Assembly: GCF_963921235.1 (NCBI RefSeq) | Contig: NC_086097.1 | Coordinates: 35,280,001-35,344,000 of the forward strand | DNA: 64,000 nucleotides | Direction of reading: 5' to 3' | Source of the DNA: Mobula hypostoma | Taxonomy: Eukaryota | Shown here: positions 47,895-61,215 of the stretch, in pieces | Layout of the letters: every line of letters begins with the position of its first letter | Numbering within the stretch: position 1 is the first letter of the stretch | Program-made: the position numbers and the translations under genes | Notes under the pieces: generated by a model | Told to the model about the DNA's origin: nothing | The model's database searches: none | Seen by the model: only the letters and a program-made list of their open reading frames with translations

Positions 47895-49968
47895 AAGGTT
47901 TATTATTGTCACACCTATGGAGGTACAGCGAAAAGCTTTCTTCTATGTGCCGTCCCTACAGATTATTGCATTACAGCTGTGCATTGAGGTAGAAAAAGGG
48001 AAACAATAGGCAATCGTAGCATAAAGTGCTACAGATACAGAGATGGTGCAGTAGTCAATAAAGTGCAAGGCCAGATGAGGTATAGTGCCTGTAAAAAGTA
48101 TTCACATCCCTTGGAAATTTTCATGTTTTATTGTTTTACAACTTAAAAACTTTTATTGTTTATTATTGATCACTAAAACTTTTATTGTTTTACTAGTGAT
48201 CTAAATTAATTACATTTATAAAGCACAAAATAATTGTTTGCATAAAGTCTTCAAGTCAGTATTTAATAGATGCACCTTTGGCAGCAATTACGGCCTTGAG
48301 TCTGTGTGGCTAGGTTTCTATCAGCTTTGCACATCTATACACTACAACTTTTCTCCATTCCTCTTTACAAATCTGCTCAAGCTCTGTCAGATTGCATGAG
48401 GAACGTGAGTGAATAACCCTTTTCAAGTCCAGCCACAAATTCTCAGTTGGATTGAGGTCTCCAGGACATTAACTTTGTTGTTTTTAAGCCATTCCTGTGT
48501 AGCTTTAGCTTTATGTTTGGGGTCATTGTCTTGCTGGAAAACAAATTTTCTCCCAGGTCATAGTACTCTTGCAGACTGCATCAGGTTTTCCTCCAGGACT
48601 TCCTTGTATTTTGCTGCATTAATTTTCCCTCTACCTTCACAAGCCTTCCAGGGCCTGCTGCAGTGAAACATCCCCCCAGCATGATGCAACCACCATCATG
48701 CTTCGTGGTAGGGATTGTGTTTTTTTCAGCTGATGTGTGGTGTTTGCTTTATGCCAAACGTAACATTTAGTCTGATGGCCAAAAAGCTCAATTTTGGTTT
48801 CATCAGACCAGAACCACCTTCTAGCTGACTTCAGAGTCTCCCACATGCATTCTGGCAAATGCTCGTTGAGATTTCATGTGAGTTTTTTTCCAACAGTGGC
48901 TTTCTCTTTGCCACTCTCCCATAAAGCTGTGACTGGTGAAGCACCCAGGTAACAGTTGTTGTATGCACAGTCTCTCCCATCACAGCCACTGAAGCTTGTA
49001 ATTACTCCAGGGTTGCCATGGGTTTCTTAGTGGTATCCCTCACTAATCCCTTTCTTGCATGGTCACTCAATTTTATAGGACAGCCTGCTCTAGGCAGATT
49101 TACAACTGTGCTATGTTCTTTCCATGTCTTGGTGATTGAGTTAACTGTACATGGAGGGATATTCAGTGACTTGAAGATTTTCGTGTATCCATCTGCTGAC
49201 GTGCTTTTCAGCAACTTTTTCACAGAGTTGCTTGGAGTGTTCTTTTGCCTTTGTGGTGTGATTTTTGACAGGGTACTGACTCACCAACAGTTGGATCTTC
49301 CAGATACATGTGTAATTTTACTACAATCGATTGAAACACCTCAACTGCACACGGTGATCTCCATTTAACTAATTATGTGATTTCTCCAAAACCAATTGGC
49401 TTCACCAGTGATAATTTGGTGTGTCATACTAAAAGGGGTGAATACTTAGCAATCAATTATTTTGTGTTTTATATTTGTAGTTAATCTAGATCACTTTATA
49501 GAGATCTGTTTTCACGTTGACACTTGAGTATTTTTCTGTTGATCAGTGTCAAAAACAGCCAAATTAAATCCACTGTGATTCAATGTTGGAAAACAATAAA
49601 AAATGAAAACTTCCAAGGGGGTGGGGGGGTGAATATTTTTTATGGACTCTGTTGATTGTGAAGTCGAGTCTATCTTATTGTACTAGGGAACCGTTCAATC
49701 ACCTTATAACAGTGGGACAGAAGCTGAGCTTGAGTCTGGAGATGTGTGCCTTCAGGCTTTAGTATTTCCTACCTATTGGGAGGAGGGAGAAGAATGAAGT
49801 CTGTGGTGGGTGGATCCATTGATTATGTTGGTTGCTTTACTGAAGCAGTGAGAAATGTAGATTGGGTCCATGGAGGGGAGACTTCTTTTCATGATGTGCG
49901 GAGCTTTGTCCACAACTCCTGGCAGTTTCTTGTGGTCTTGGGCAAGCAGTTGCTCTACCAAGCCATGG
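47895..49968 (-). mobile_element. Rex1/Babar 3' fragment split by the Tc1 (parts 47895-48082 and 49652-49968)
   Basis: Plus-strand tttattattgtcaca tail; flanks join as gaggta/gattgtgaagtc; minus strand gives a KATNII...LPIGGNTKA..HI variant of the Rex1 C-terminus. Confidence 0.6.
48083..49651 (-). mobile_element. Tc1-like DNA transposon with long IR/DR-type TIRs and decayed transposase
   Basis: TIRs tagtgcctgtaaaaagtattcac...ttggaaattttcatgttttattgtttt / aaaacaataaaaaatgaaaacttccaa...gtgaatattttttat; inner repeat ggggtgaatactt near 49435; paired-like HTH (KIFKSLNIP...NLPRAGCP), WSDETKIELFG and further DDE remnants. Confidence 0.92.
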
Positions 49969-52054
49969 CAGTCTCAAGAATATTAATGGGATGTTGTAGT
50001 GCTAAATGGTTGGAAGTGGAAGAATTTGACAAGTGTGTCCAGGAAAACTTTCTGAAACAATGCTTAAGTAGTCTATTGAGGCAGGAGACCACTTGTGATG
50101 CCAGTCAGAGTATACAAAGGAACAGGTGTTTAGTTGCATTGAGATCAAAGAGTCAAATGGAGGTTGCTTTGACAAAAGGTGTGCGACAGAAATGAGTGAA
50201 ATTGGAAAGCTGAGGAAGCAATGTGGGATTGGGATGGTGAAGAGACCAGCCTGTTGCAATGGTTGTGCAGTCTGATTGCACCATGAGATGTAATGTGGAC
50301 ACCGATGTATGTATTTTGGAACTATTTTGAGAACTCTTGCTTGATTCTTGTGAAATATGTTTTTCCTGGTCCTTTCCCATCTGATTATCAGACTTTAATA
50401 TTCTTATTAGCATTGTAGATTTGGCAGAGCTCAAACAGCATCAGTTTTTCCATTTTTGCACAATATATCCCTTTGTGTTTCATTCAGCAACTCAATCTCC
50501 CAGTATGTAATTGATGGGTAACAGAATGACCCAAGAGCCTTTAATACTGTCCAAGAGAGATACAGTATATTGTCCTAGACATTGGAGCAGATTTTTCTAC
50601 TGTAACTTCTTATCCAGTTAGGGCTTTGAAAAGTAAAACACTACCTCTACAGCTGTGTTATCCACAGCTCTTACAGTTTTTTCTTGTCGTGCTGCCAAAT
50701 AAATTAAGTTATAATGCAAGTGATTTTTATTAGTCCATTTCTACCGTCCCCATGCTGTGTGACACTTAAGGCACTAATGAGAAGGCTTGCATGAATCAGT
50801 TAATGATGACATAAATTGAGGTTTGTTCACCTTCAAGAACTTAATCATCCTTCTCATATTTGGTTTTAATTATATTATTAAAAGATTGTGTATTTTAAGA
50901 AGTGAGAAAGAACAATCTTAATTAATTAAACTAATTTAGCCCCTCATGAAAAAAGCCTATTTTAAGCAAACCCTCCACAGGCTTGACATTCAAGTGCGAA
51001 AGGCCAAAAATTTCTGGTGTTAGTTACAGAACTAAGGTGCTTTTGTTTCATGAGGACAACATCAGTGAGATTACCTCCTCTTGAGGTTATAACTGCAATC
51101 TTAGGTCGGGTCAAGGGTGGGCATTGCCAGTAGTTTATTTTCCCATGCTTGGGATGAAGCTAATTGTAATGTCTCACCATTCACCCAGTGTCTGGTAAGG
51201 GATGTGACACTTGTGTGTTTGGTACGGTATTGCTGTGTTCATCCAGAATGGCAATGGAAGGCTGCTAACTTTAAGTGGATCTTCAGAAGTGTAGAAGGAC
51301 TTGGAAAACAATCCGAGGCAGCATTGGAACATTAAGTTGTGGCTGTAGACTATGCTGGCTGGCTGACAGGAAAGGAGGATACAGTTAACTGCAACGCTGG
51401 GATGATACCAAATTCATGCTCTGTAGAGATATTTCCTTTCTCCTTGGCAACTCTTGGATAAATTGATAGACTGTAGTGAGCCGCTTTGTATACTGTAATC
51501 CACAGCTATAGTTGTGCAGCTCATGTGTACATGATTTCAAGATAATTTTGCCCAAATACAATCTAAGCTTGCAACAAAGTATCCTGACGTTAGGTGATTT
51601 CCACTTGTATTTTACTGGAAGGTGAGATGTTTTCCATTAGATGCTGCAACACATCATTAGGCTCACAAATGTGTGCATGGAGTCAATTAGGTCCTTCACA
51701 TATAATAGGAATGACCTCAATGTCAGACTGAAACTCTGTGCCAAGTTGGTGTGCATGGTTCTCCATGCTCCTTGACATTAAAAGTAAACTTCTCAATGAT
51801 CAATTTTTTATGCATACCAATAGGTTTGTCTATCACTTGTTGCAGCAACAGTTGTGTCCCCTGTGACTCTTTGCCCTGGACGTGTGTAGACTTATACACT
51901 TTTCTCCAGCCCTGTTTGAAGATCACTGAGGTCAGTGTGCAGAATCCTGCCTCTGAGCTGTTAGTGCCTCACCTACTGGCTGCAAAGATGAATTTGATAG
52001 ATATCTCTGTGTTGTCTCCTTGCTGTTCCCTCCACTGGCTTTTAAGCTTGTAGG

Positions 52055-52419
52055 TCTTAGAAGCTGAATTATGGTTCTACAGGAGAATGTTAAAAATATC
52101 ATGGACCACACACACACATCAAATGAAGAAGTTCTCAGAAGAGCCCAAGCAGTTCGATCACTCATACCAACAATGAGAAAGACAACTCAGATTCCTAGGA
52201 CACATCATGTGGAAAGACAAACTAGAAAAACTCATACTCTCTGGAAAGATTGAGGGGAGCAAACCTAGAGGAAGACCTCGGCTTATGTACATCAAAAGCA
52301 TAGCCAGGTGGCTGCACATCAAGGAAATGGAAGTCATCCAAAAAATGAAGGATAGATCTATATGGAAAACCATGGTCACCAAAGTCCGCATTGGATATGG
52401 TACCCAGACAGACAGACAG
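52055..52419 (+). mobile_element. RTE-clade LINE 3' fragment
   Basis: WFYRRMLKISWT...FLGHIMWKDKLEKLILSGKIEGSKPRGRPR; (caga)n tail. Confidence 0.85.
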
Positions 52420-52987
52420 GTCTTAGAAACTGAAAGTATAAATGGTACTAAGTATAAAGTTAGTAGTGAAAGTATAATGGTTGTGGTGCTAAGTAAGAGG
52501 AGCAAGTTTATATCATGCTTGAATGGTAAAGTCAAGACTGTGATGGTTGAAATGCATGTGGGCTTCAAGAACTATTAGAAGTAAGGATGCCATCATCCCT
52601 AATGGCTTCAGGTCCACTTTTATCTACTTACCAACAGTAGTTGTCCTAAGAGTGACTAAAGCTGTCCCCTTCACGGGAAGTTACCACATACACATGGCTC
52701 GGGCTTCATCTGGTTTGGTCCGCCCTCAGAGACCTTGTGCCAACTCCAGATACACAGTGAGAGAGGAGAGCTGTGGATGTCAATGTCGAGAGTGAAAACT
52801 TACAATGTGGACCAAGTTCCTCACTGAGTGAGCAAGGTCAGTGGATGAATCTTCCGAGGCCATCTTTGACCAGCTCTACCATCAGCCTCAACCATGCTCA
52901 ATTCATCCCACCAGTCCTTTCCCTGTGCATCACCTATTTTTCTGGACAAGAGAGGAATGTGCCCCTTTGACTGCTGTGTGGTATCCT

Positions 52988-55517
52988 TAGTGATGTTGGG
53001 GATGGCATTAAACAGGAAATTAGAAATGTGTGCAATAAAGGAACAGCAGTTATAATGGGTGACTTCAATCTACATATAGATTGGGTGACCAAATTGGTAA
53101 GGGTGCTGAGGAAGAGGATTTCTTGGAATGTATGCTGGACAGTTTTCTGAACCAACATGTCGAGGAACCAACTAGGGAGCAGGCCATTCTGGACTGGGTT
53201 TTGAGCAACGAGGAAGGGTTAATTAGCGATCTTGTCGTGCGAGGCCCCTTGGGTAAGAGTGACCATAATACGGTGGAATTCTTCATTAAGATGGAGAGTG
53301 ATATAGTTAATTCAGAAACAAAGTTTCTGAACTGAAAGAAGGGTAACTTTGAAGGTATGAGACGTGAATTAGCTAAGATAGACTGGAAAATGATACTTAA
53401 AGGGTTGACGGTGGATATGCAATGGCACGCATTTAAAGATCGTATGGATGAAGTACAACAATTGTTCATCCCAGTTTGGCAAAAGAATAAACCAGGGAAG
53501 GTAGTGCACCCGTGGCTGACGAGGGAAATTAGGGATAGTATCAATTCCAAAGAAGAAACATACAAATTAGCCAGAAAAAGTGGCACACCTGAGGACTGGG
53601 AGAAATTCAGAGTCCAGCAGAGGAGGACAAAGGGCTTAATTAGGAGAGGGAAAAAAGATTATGAGAGAAAGCTAGCAGGGAACAAAAAAACTGACTGTAA
53701 AAGCTCTTATAGATATGTGAAAAGAAAAAGATTGGTTGAGACAAATGTAGGTCCCTTACAGTCAGAAACAGGTGAATTGATCATGGGGAACAAAGACATG
53801 GCAGACCAATTGAATAACTACTTGGTTCTGTCTTCACTGAGGAGGACATAAATAATCTTCCGGAAATAGTAGGGGACCGAGGGTCTAGTGAGATGGAGGA
53901 ACTGAGGGAAATACATGTCAGTAGGGAAGTGGTGTTAGGTAAATTGAAGGGATTAAAGGCAGATAAATCTCCAGGGCTAGATGGTCTGCATCCCAGAGTG
54001 CTTAAGGAAGTAGCCCAAGAAATAGTGGATGCATTAGTGATAATTTTTCAAAACTCTTTAGATTCTGGATTAGTTCCTGAGGGTTGGAGGGTGGCTAATG
54101 TAACCCCACTTTTTAAAAAAGGAGGGAGAGAGAAACTGGGGAATTATAGACCGGTAAGCCTGACATCGGTGGTGGGGAAAATGCTAGAGTCAGTTATCAA
54201 AGATGTGATAACAGCACATTTGGAAAGCAGTGAAATCATCGGACAAAGTCAGCATGGATTTGTGAAAGGAAAATCATGTCTGACGAATCTCATAGAATTT
54301 TTTGAGGATGTAACTAGTAGCGTGGATAGGGGAGAACCAATGGATGTGGTATATTTGGATTTTCAAAAGGCTTTTGACAAGATCCCACACAGGAGATTAG
54401 TGTGCAAACTTAAAGCACATGGTATTGGGGGTATGGTATTGATGTGGATAGAGAATTGGTAGGCAGACAGGAAGCAAAGAGTGGGAATAAATGGGACCTT
54501 TTCAGAATGGCAGGCAGTGACTAGTGGGGTACTGCAAGGCTCAGTGCTGGGACCCCAGTTGCTTACGATATATATTAATAACTTAGATGAGGGAATTAAA
54601 TGCAGCATCTCCAAGTGTGCGGATGACACGAAGCTGGGTGTCAGTGTTAGCTGTGAGGAGGATGCTAAGAGGATGCAGGGTGACTTGCATAGGTTAGGTA
54701 AGTGGGCAAATTCATGGCAGATGCAATTTAATGTGGATAAATGTGAGGTTATCCACTTTAGTGGCAAGAACAGGGAAACAGATTATTATCTGAATGGTGG
54801 CCGATTAGGAAAAGGGGAGATGCAACGAGACCTGGGTGTCATTGTACACCAGTCATTGAAAGTGGGCATGCAGGTACAGCAGGCGGTGAAAAAGGCGAAT
54901 GGTATGCTGGCATTCATCGCAAGAGGATTCGAGTACTGGTGAGACCACACCTGGAGTATTGTGTGCAGTTTTGGTCCCCTAATCTGAGGAAAGACATTCT
55001 TGCCGTGGAGGGGTTACAAAGAAGATTCACCAGATTGATTCCTGGGATGGCAGGACTTTCATATGATGAAAGACTGCATCGTCTAGGCTTATACTGTCTG
55101 GAATTTAGAAGATTGAGAGGGGATCTGATTGAAACGTATAAAATTCTAAAGGGATTGGACAGGCTAGATGCAGGAAGATTGTCCTCGATGTTGGGGAAGT
55201 CCAGAACGAGGGGTCACAGTTTAAGGATAAAGGGGAAGCCTTTTAGGACCGAGATTAGGAAAAACTTCTTCACACAGAGAGTGGTGAATCTGTGGAATTC
55301 TCTGCCACAGGAAACAGTTGAGGCCAGTTCATTGGCTATATTTAAGAGGGAGTTAGATTTGGCCCTTATGGCTAAAGGGATCAGGGGGTATGGAGAGAAG
55401 GCAGGTACAGGGTTCTGAGTTGGATGATCAGCCATGATCATACTGAATGGTGGTGCAGGCTCGAAGGGCCGAATGGGCTATTCCTGCACCTATTTTCTAT
55501 GTTTCTATGTTTCTATG
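52988..55517 (+). mobile_element. 5'-truncated CR1 LINE, same subfamily as 29958-32711
   Basis: Near-identical APE-RT peptides (QIGKGAEEEDFLECM, QEIVDALVIIFQNS); small deletion near 54937; (tttctatg)n tail. Confidence 0.95.
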
Positions 55518-55548
55518 TGGCTGGCTATGTGTACCTAGTTTGAGATGG

Positions 55549-55808
55549 GAGCAGCTTCATTCCAACTTTGATAAGACTGCTGAACGGATCCTTACCTGGA
55601 TCTGGGCCGTACCCTCCAAATATCTGGACCTGCCTCTCAGTTTTTTTGCACTACTTTACTTTCTATTTTCTATTTAAGATTTATAATTTAAATTTTTAAT
55701 ATTTCCTATCGACTTGTACTCCAGGGAGCGGGAAGCACAGAATCAAATATCGCTGTGGTGATTGTATGTTCTGGTATCAATTGTTTGGCGACAATAAAGT
55801 ATAAAGTA
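55549..55808 (+). mobile_element. Rex1/Babar-like extreme 3' end
   Basis: agcttcattccaactttgataagactgctgaac (SFIPTLIRLLN), tail gacaataaagtataaagta. Confidence 0.65.
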
Positions 55809-56287
55809 TGCATCTGTGGTGAGGGTACAAGTGTGGAGTTAAGGTAGATAAAAAGAGATTAAGTGTCAAACTGAGGAAGAGTGTTGGGGTGGGATGAATT
55901 GAGCTTGGTTAAGGCAAGTGTGCATCTGGTCACAAATCAAACGTGGCCTTTGAGGATCCATTCATTGACTTTACTCACTCATGTCAAGCTACTGAACTTG
56001 CGACACCTGTCTCTAGGCATTGACAAATACAAGTACAGTATCTCTTCCCATTGCTTTCTGTCAGGACTGCCTGCTGCAGGTATGAAGCCACCTCACCTCC
56101 TTTCCTCCTGCTCCATAAGACCCCAAAGCTTGGTCACCTTGCTTCTGTGCCATCCTTCATTGTTTCCCAGGTGAGATCATTTTGTTCAGTAGCTGCCAAC
56201 AGCCACTGTACACGTTTCCTTTAACAGATTCATGGTCACTTTGGGTAGTGCAAATTAGTTTTAATAGTTAAGAACTATGCATGATCT

Positions 56288-56752
56288 CAGGATTGAATGG
56301 CTTATCATATGAAGAGCATTTCATGGCTCTGGGCATGTATTCACTGGAATTCAGAAGAATGAGGGGTGACCTAATTGAAACCTATTGAATGGTGAAAGGC
56401 CTTGATAGAGTGGGTGTGGAGAGGATGTTTCCTATGGTGGGAGAGTCTAAGACCAGAGGACACAGCCTCAGAATAGAAGGGTGTTCTTTTAGAATGGAGA
56501 TGAGGAGGAATTTCTTTAACCAGAGAGTGGTGAATCTGTGGAATTCATTGCCACAGGCAGCTGCAGGGGCCAAGTTTTTTTAATGTAATTTAAGGCAAAG
56601 GTTGATAGATTCTTGATTGGGCAGGGCACGAAGGGATACGGGGAGAAGGCAGGAGCTTGGGGCTGAAAGGGAAAATGGATCAGCCATGATGAGATGGCGG
56701 AGCAGACTCAATGGGCCAAATGGCCTAATTCTGCTCCTTTATCTTATGGCTT
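56288..56752 (+). mobile_element. CR1 3' fragment
   Basis: KGLDRVGVERMFP...FFNQRVVNLWNSLP. Confidence 0.88.
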
Positions 56753-58838
56753 TATAAAGTGTCCATTCAATGAGCAGTGTGAACTGCACATTGAAATCGT
56801 TAAAACAAGCAGACAGAAGGAAACTAGTGAATGGCGTGCATTGCAAAGAACGGACATGATCTAATCTCACGTCACAATTTTGTCTCCAAATTTTAGGTTA
56901 GCAATCTTATTCCCTGTTTAGCTTCTCAACTTGCTTAATAGTGCTGTCTTACATCCCTATTGTTGTAAACCACTTTTATACATAAGTTATTGAAGTAATG
57001 ATGCATAAGTGTATACAATTTCATCCCATGTGATTTTAGTGTCATACTTTTACTGCATGAAAATTCGAACATTATCTCGTCTTAAAATTCATTCCTTGCC
57101 TCCCTGTTGCTTTGCTACCGAATGTACACTGTCATGGTTAACAGTTTTTCCTCGAGGCATGTAGTAATGGTCTATCATTGTTGATAAATCTGTCTGTTTA
57201 CTGTGAGAGTCACAATTGGTGGCGCCCACCAGATGAGAATAATCCAGTGATTGCCTGATAGTATCTGGCTGGTGCTTGAGGGCAAGGATATAACCCTTGT
57301 CACTGGGAAAGCCTGGGAAGCTGTTGTGGTGAGATGGGGACAAAAAGGCACTGAGCAAATTGAATTTTTTTTTGCCTTTTTCCTCCCAAACCCTTCAATC
57401 ACAGTGGTATTGATCTACTTAAGAACAGTATGACTGAAAGTTAAAAGCTTATGTCAAAAAGCCAAAGAAGAATGGTTAAACCAGGGACGTGAACAACCAG
57501 AAAGAAACCCTATTATTGATCCAAAAAGGGTACATCAACAAATCAAGAATATCACTGGTAAAAAGCTCCTCTGTTCTTCAGGTGGATGTTTGAAAGCAAA
57601 GGACGGTACCATTATCATGGAAAAAGATGAGATTATGAACAGATGGACTGAGTATATTCAGGATTTGTTTGAAGATGATCAAGGCGAAAAACCAGAAATT
57701 AAGAAAAACATCGAAGGTCCAAGTATTTTAAAATCTGAAGTTCGTAATGCAATAAATAAGATGAAGAAAGGAAAAGCAGCAGGTCCTGATGAATTAGTAA
57801 TAGAACAAATTATCGTCCTTGAAGATTATGGAATTGAAAAACTTACTGATTTAATCAATGACATTTATGAGACTGGAATAATACCAGAATAGATGAAAAA
57901 ATCAGTATTTATCACTCTTCCTAAGAAACCTGGAGCAATAGAATGTGAATTACATAGGACCATAAGTTTAGTGAGTCATATCACCAAGATACTTCTAAGA
58001 ATTTTGATGACAAGAGCTAAAAGTAAGATACAAGCTGAAATAGGTAAAGAACAATGTGGTTTTGTGAAAGACAAAGGTACAAGAAATGCGATATTGATGT
58101 AAAGGGTAGTATCAGAATGAGCTATTCATGTGCAAAAAGATTTGCTTGTTTGTTTAATTGACTACACAAAAGCATTTGATAAAGTGAAACACAATAAGTT
58201 ATTTGAAATATTACAGGAAACTCTAGATCTAGATTCGAAAGACCTCCGTCTAATCAGGAATCTGTACTGGGAACAAACTGCCGCTGTAAGAATAGATGGA
58301 GAAGTGAGTCAGTTTACGAAAATCAAGAGAGGCGTTAGACAAGGGTGAGTTTTCTCCCCTGATTTATTTAATGTGTACAGTGAAACAATATTACAAAAAA
58401 CAGGAGACATTTTGGGAATCAAAGTTGGCGGTGAAAACATCAATAATTTCAGATGTGCAGATGACATTGTGTTAATTGCAAGTACGGAGGAAGAACTACA
58501 AAACTTAATTGATATAGTTGTTGAAGAAAGTGCAAAAATGGGTCTATCTATCAATCGCAAAAAGACAGAATGTATGGTGATATCCAAAAAGAAGGTGAAT
58601 CCTATCTGCAGGCTGAGAATAAATGGGGAAGACATAAAACAAGTACAGAACTTTTGCTACTTAGGAAGCTGGGTGACATCAGATGGCAGGTACGACATGG
58701 ATATCAAAAGAAGAATAGGGATGGCAAAAGAATAAAGAGTATACTGACCAATACTAAACTAGGCATGACAACCCGCCTCAGAGTACTGAAATGTTACGTT
58801 TATCCAGCTATGTTATATGGCTCAGAATGTTGGATAAT

Positions 58839-59548
58839 ATAGAAACATAGAAAACCTACAGCACAATACAGGCCCTTTGACCCACAAAGCTATGCAAAAC
58901 ATGTCCCTACCTTAGAGCTACCTAGGCTTTACCCATAGCCCTCTATTTTTCTAAGATCCATGCAGCCATCCTGGAGCCATTTCTAAAAAGACCCTATCAT
59001 TTCCACCTCCACCACCGCCGTTGGCAGACCATTCCACGCACACCACTCTGCGTTTAAAAAATATACCCCTGACATCTCCTCTGTACCTACTTCCAAGCAG
59101 CCTAAAACCATGCCCTCCCATACCAACCATTTCAGCCCTGGGGAAAAGCCTCTGACCATCCACGTGATCAATGCCTCTCATCATCTTGTAACCCCCTATC
59201 AGATCACCTCTCATCCTCGGTCGCTCCAAGGAGAAAAGGCTGAGTTCACTCAACCAATTCTCATAAGGCATGCTCTCTGATCCAGGCAACATCCTTGTAA
59301 ATCTCCTCTGCACCCTTTCTATGATTTCCACATCCTTCCTTCCTATAGTGACGCAACCAAAATTCAAAACTGTACTCCTGGTGTCTGACCAGGGTCCTAT
59401 ATAGCTGCAACATTACCTCTCGGCTCTTAAATTCAATCCCATGATTGATGAAGGCCAATGCACCGTATGCCTTCTTAACCACAGAGTCAACCTGCATAGC
59501 AGCTTTGAGTGTCCTATGGACTTGGACCCCAAGAACCCTCTGATCCTC
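58839..59548 (-). mobile_element. CR1 3' fragment inserted in the RTE
   Basis: VKKAYGALAFINHGIEFKSREVMLQLY and ERVQRRFTRMLPG on minus; atagaaacatagaaaac tail on plus. Confidence 0.92.
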
Positions 59549-60204
59549 ATATAGAAAGACCATTACCGAGGATCTGGAACCTACAAAGATCCTAGTTACA
59601 AACGCCACTTGGCATTTAAATATTGTTAATGTATGTTCTGTACGGGATGAGGTGGAGAGCGCGGGGTGTGACGGGAGGGAGGGAAAGAGAGGTGGGGGAG
59701 GGGAGATTTGTTGGTGGATTTGTTCGGAGAGGATTATGGTTCCACGCCGGGAGTTTTACTGCGTATGGTTCTGGTCTCCATATCCGACAGCGGGGAGTTT
59801 TACCGCATACAGAGACCTACTGCAAATCGCAGTACGATGTCAACCCCAGCTGATGCTGGTGTTTCTCCTGTTCAGGTGGCGGTGAGGAAGGGATTGATCT
59901 CGAGTTTGTGTAAATCGAGGGCCGGTCGCAGTGGGAAAGGGCCGGGACCGAGCTGGACAGCTGGAGGCTCCGGGCTCTCCAGTCATGCATCCAATGGTTT
60001 TAGTTTTGCGCCTGAGTCAGGATTGCGGGATCAGTTTGTTGTGGTTCCCCAAGCTGGGAGGGTGGATGTGGGTGTTGGGAACCTGTCTATGTGTCGGTGT
60101 GAGGTGAATGGTAAGAAGGGTGTGGGGCCATTGGTGGGATGGGGTACTGTGGGTTATCGGACACAACATGACCTGGGTGGATGGGCATGGGATAAATTAA
60201 GTTG
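59549..60204. other. Orphan GC/CpG-rich segment fused to the 5' end of the CR1 fragment
   Basis: Lies between the CR1 truncation point and the resumption of the RTE (tctagtaac); not similar to any other repeat in the window. Confidence 0.7.
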
Positions 60205-61029
60205 TCTAGTAACGTGAGGAAATGAATTGAAGCAGCAGAGATGTGGTTTTTGAGGAGGATGCAAAGAATATCATGGACAAAACAAATATCTAATGAGGAT
60301 GTCATGAACAGAGCAAACACAAAAAGAGAAATAATGTATGAGATCATGAAAAGGCAACGTAACTTCATTGGACATGTGATTAGGAAAGAGGAGTTAGAAT
60401 GCACAGTAATTATGGGAAAGATTGAAGGGAAGAAAGCAAAAGGAATGCAAAGGCAAATGATGATGGAGACAGCAGCCAGAGAACTGGAAATGAATACCAA
60501 TGAATTGATCCACTTGAGCCGAAACAGGAGTGTGTGGGCCATGGCAGTCAAAGCCCAAACTGGGCACGGCACCTGATGATGATGATAATGATGATGACTG
60601 AACATTTGATGGACTTGTCTTGTTATCGCTGTGGCTCCATTAATGAGTGACATTGATAATAATTGATTAATTCTGACTCCAGCTATATTCCCAATTAGGT
60701 CAAGGAAACAGGTGTGAAGGGGATAGGAATTAAAATTGAAATAAAATTATGTAAGCGATATAGCCCTATATAATGCAACAAACCAAACACATTAGCAAAT
60801 TAGAGATTATGTTTTAAATCAAGAGTAATAAATTGCATTCATAAGATGCCCATGAGGGATTAGAAATGGCCTCATATGCTTCATTGGAGTGACAGCAAGC
60901 AAAATATTGATGCAAATTCATATAAGCAATAAAGAGGTATGTGAATAAAGTTTCAGTTCATGAGCTGGACTTCGGGAGGAAAGGGAGGTAGATAAAGAAA
61001 GAAGTTAAAGGATGGGACTCCATGCCTTA

Positions 61030-61174
61030 TATGGAGGGAAATAGTCGATGTTTTGTGTCCAGGCCCTTCGTATGGATCTGAAACGTCAACTGTGCATTTC
61101 CCTCCACTGATGTAGCCTGACCCATTGTCTTCCCCCAACAGTTTTCTTTTGTTCTAGATTCTAGCATCTGCAGC
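61030..61174. repeat. Miniature palindromic PLE-end relic fused at the hammerhead region
   Basis: ggagggaaatagtcgatgtttt inverted against gaaacgtcaactgtgcatttccctcc; ends agattctagcatctgcag. Confidence 0.6.
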
Positions 61175-61215
61175 TTGTGTCTCGGAACTTAAATCTTTGA
61201 CAGCTACGGGATGTT

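Larger units (their letters stand above)
57432..60597 (+). mobile_element. RTE-clade (BovB-like) LINE, 5'-truncated, split by a 1.37-kb insertion (parts 57432-58838 and 60205-60597)
   Basis: RWTEYIQDLF, KAAGPD, HRTISLVSH, IDYTKAFDKV, GVRQG, CADD, LYGSECW, then WFLRRMQRISW...GKIEGK; (tga)n tail. Confidence 0.93.

Noticed and set aside
59708..60217. 169-aa ORF in the orphan segment
   Set aside because: Non-ATG start, GC-rich low-stop sequence, no recognisable motif, and it crosses into the RTE.
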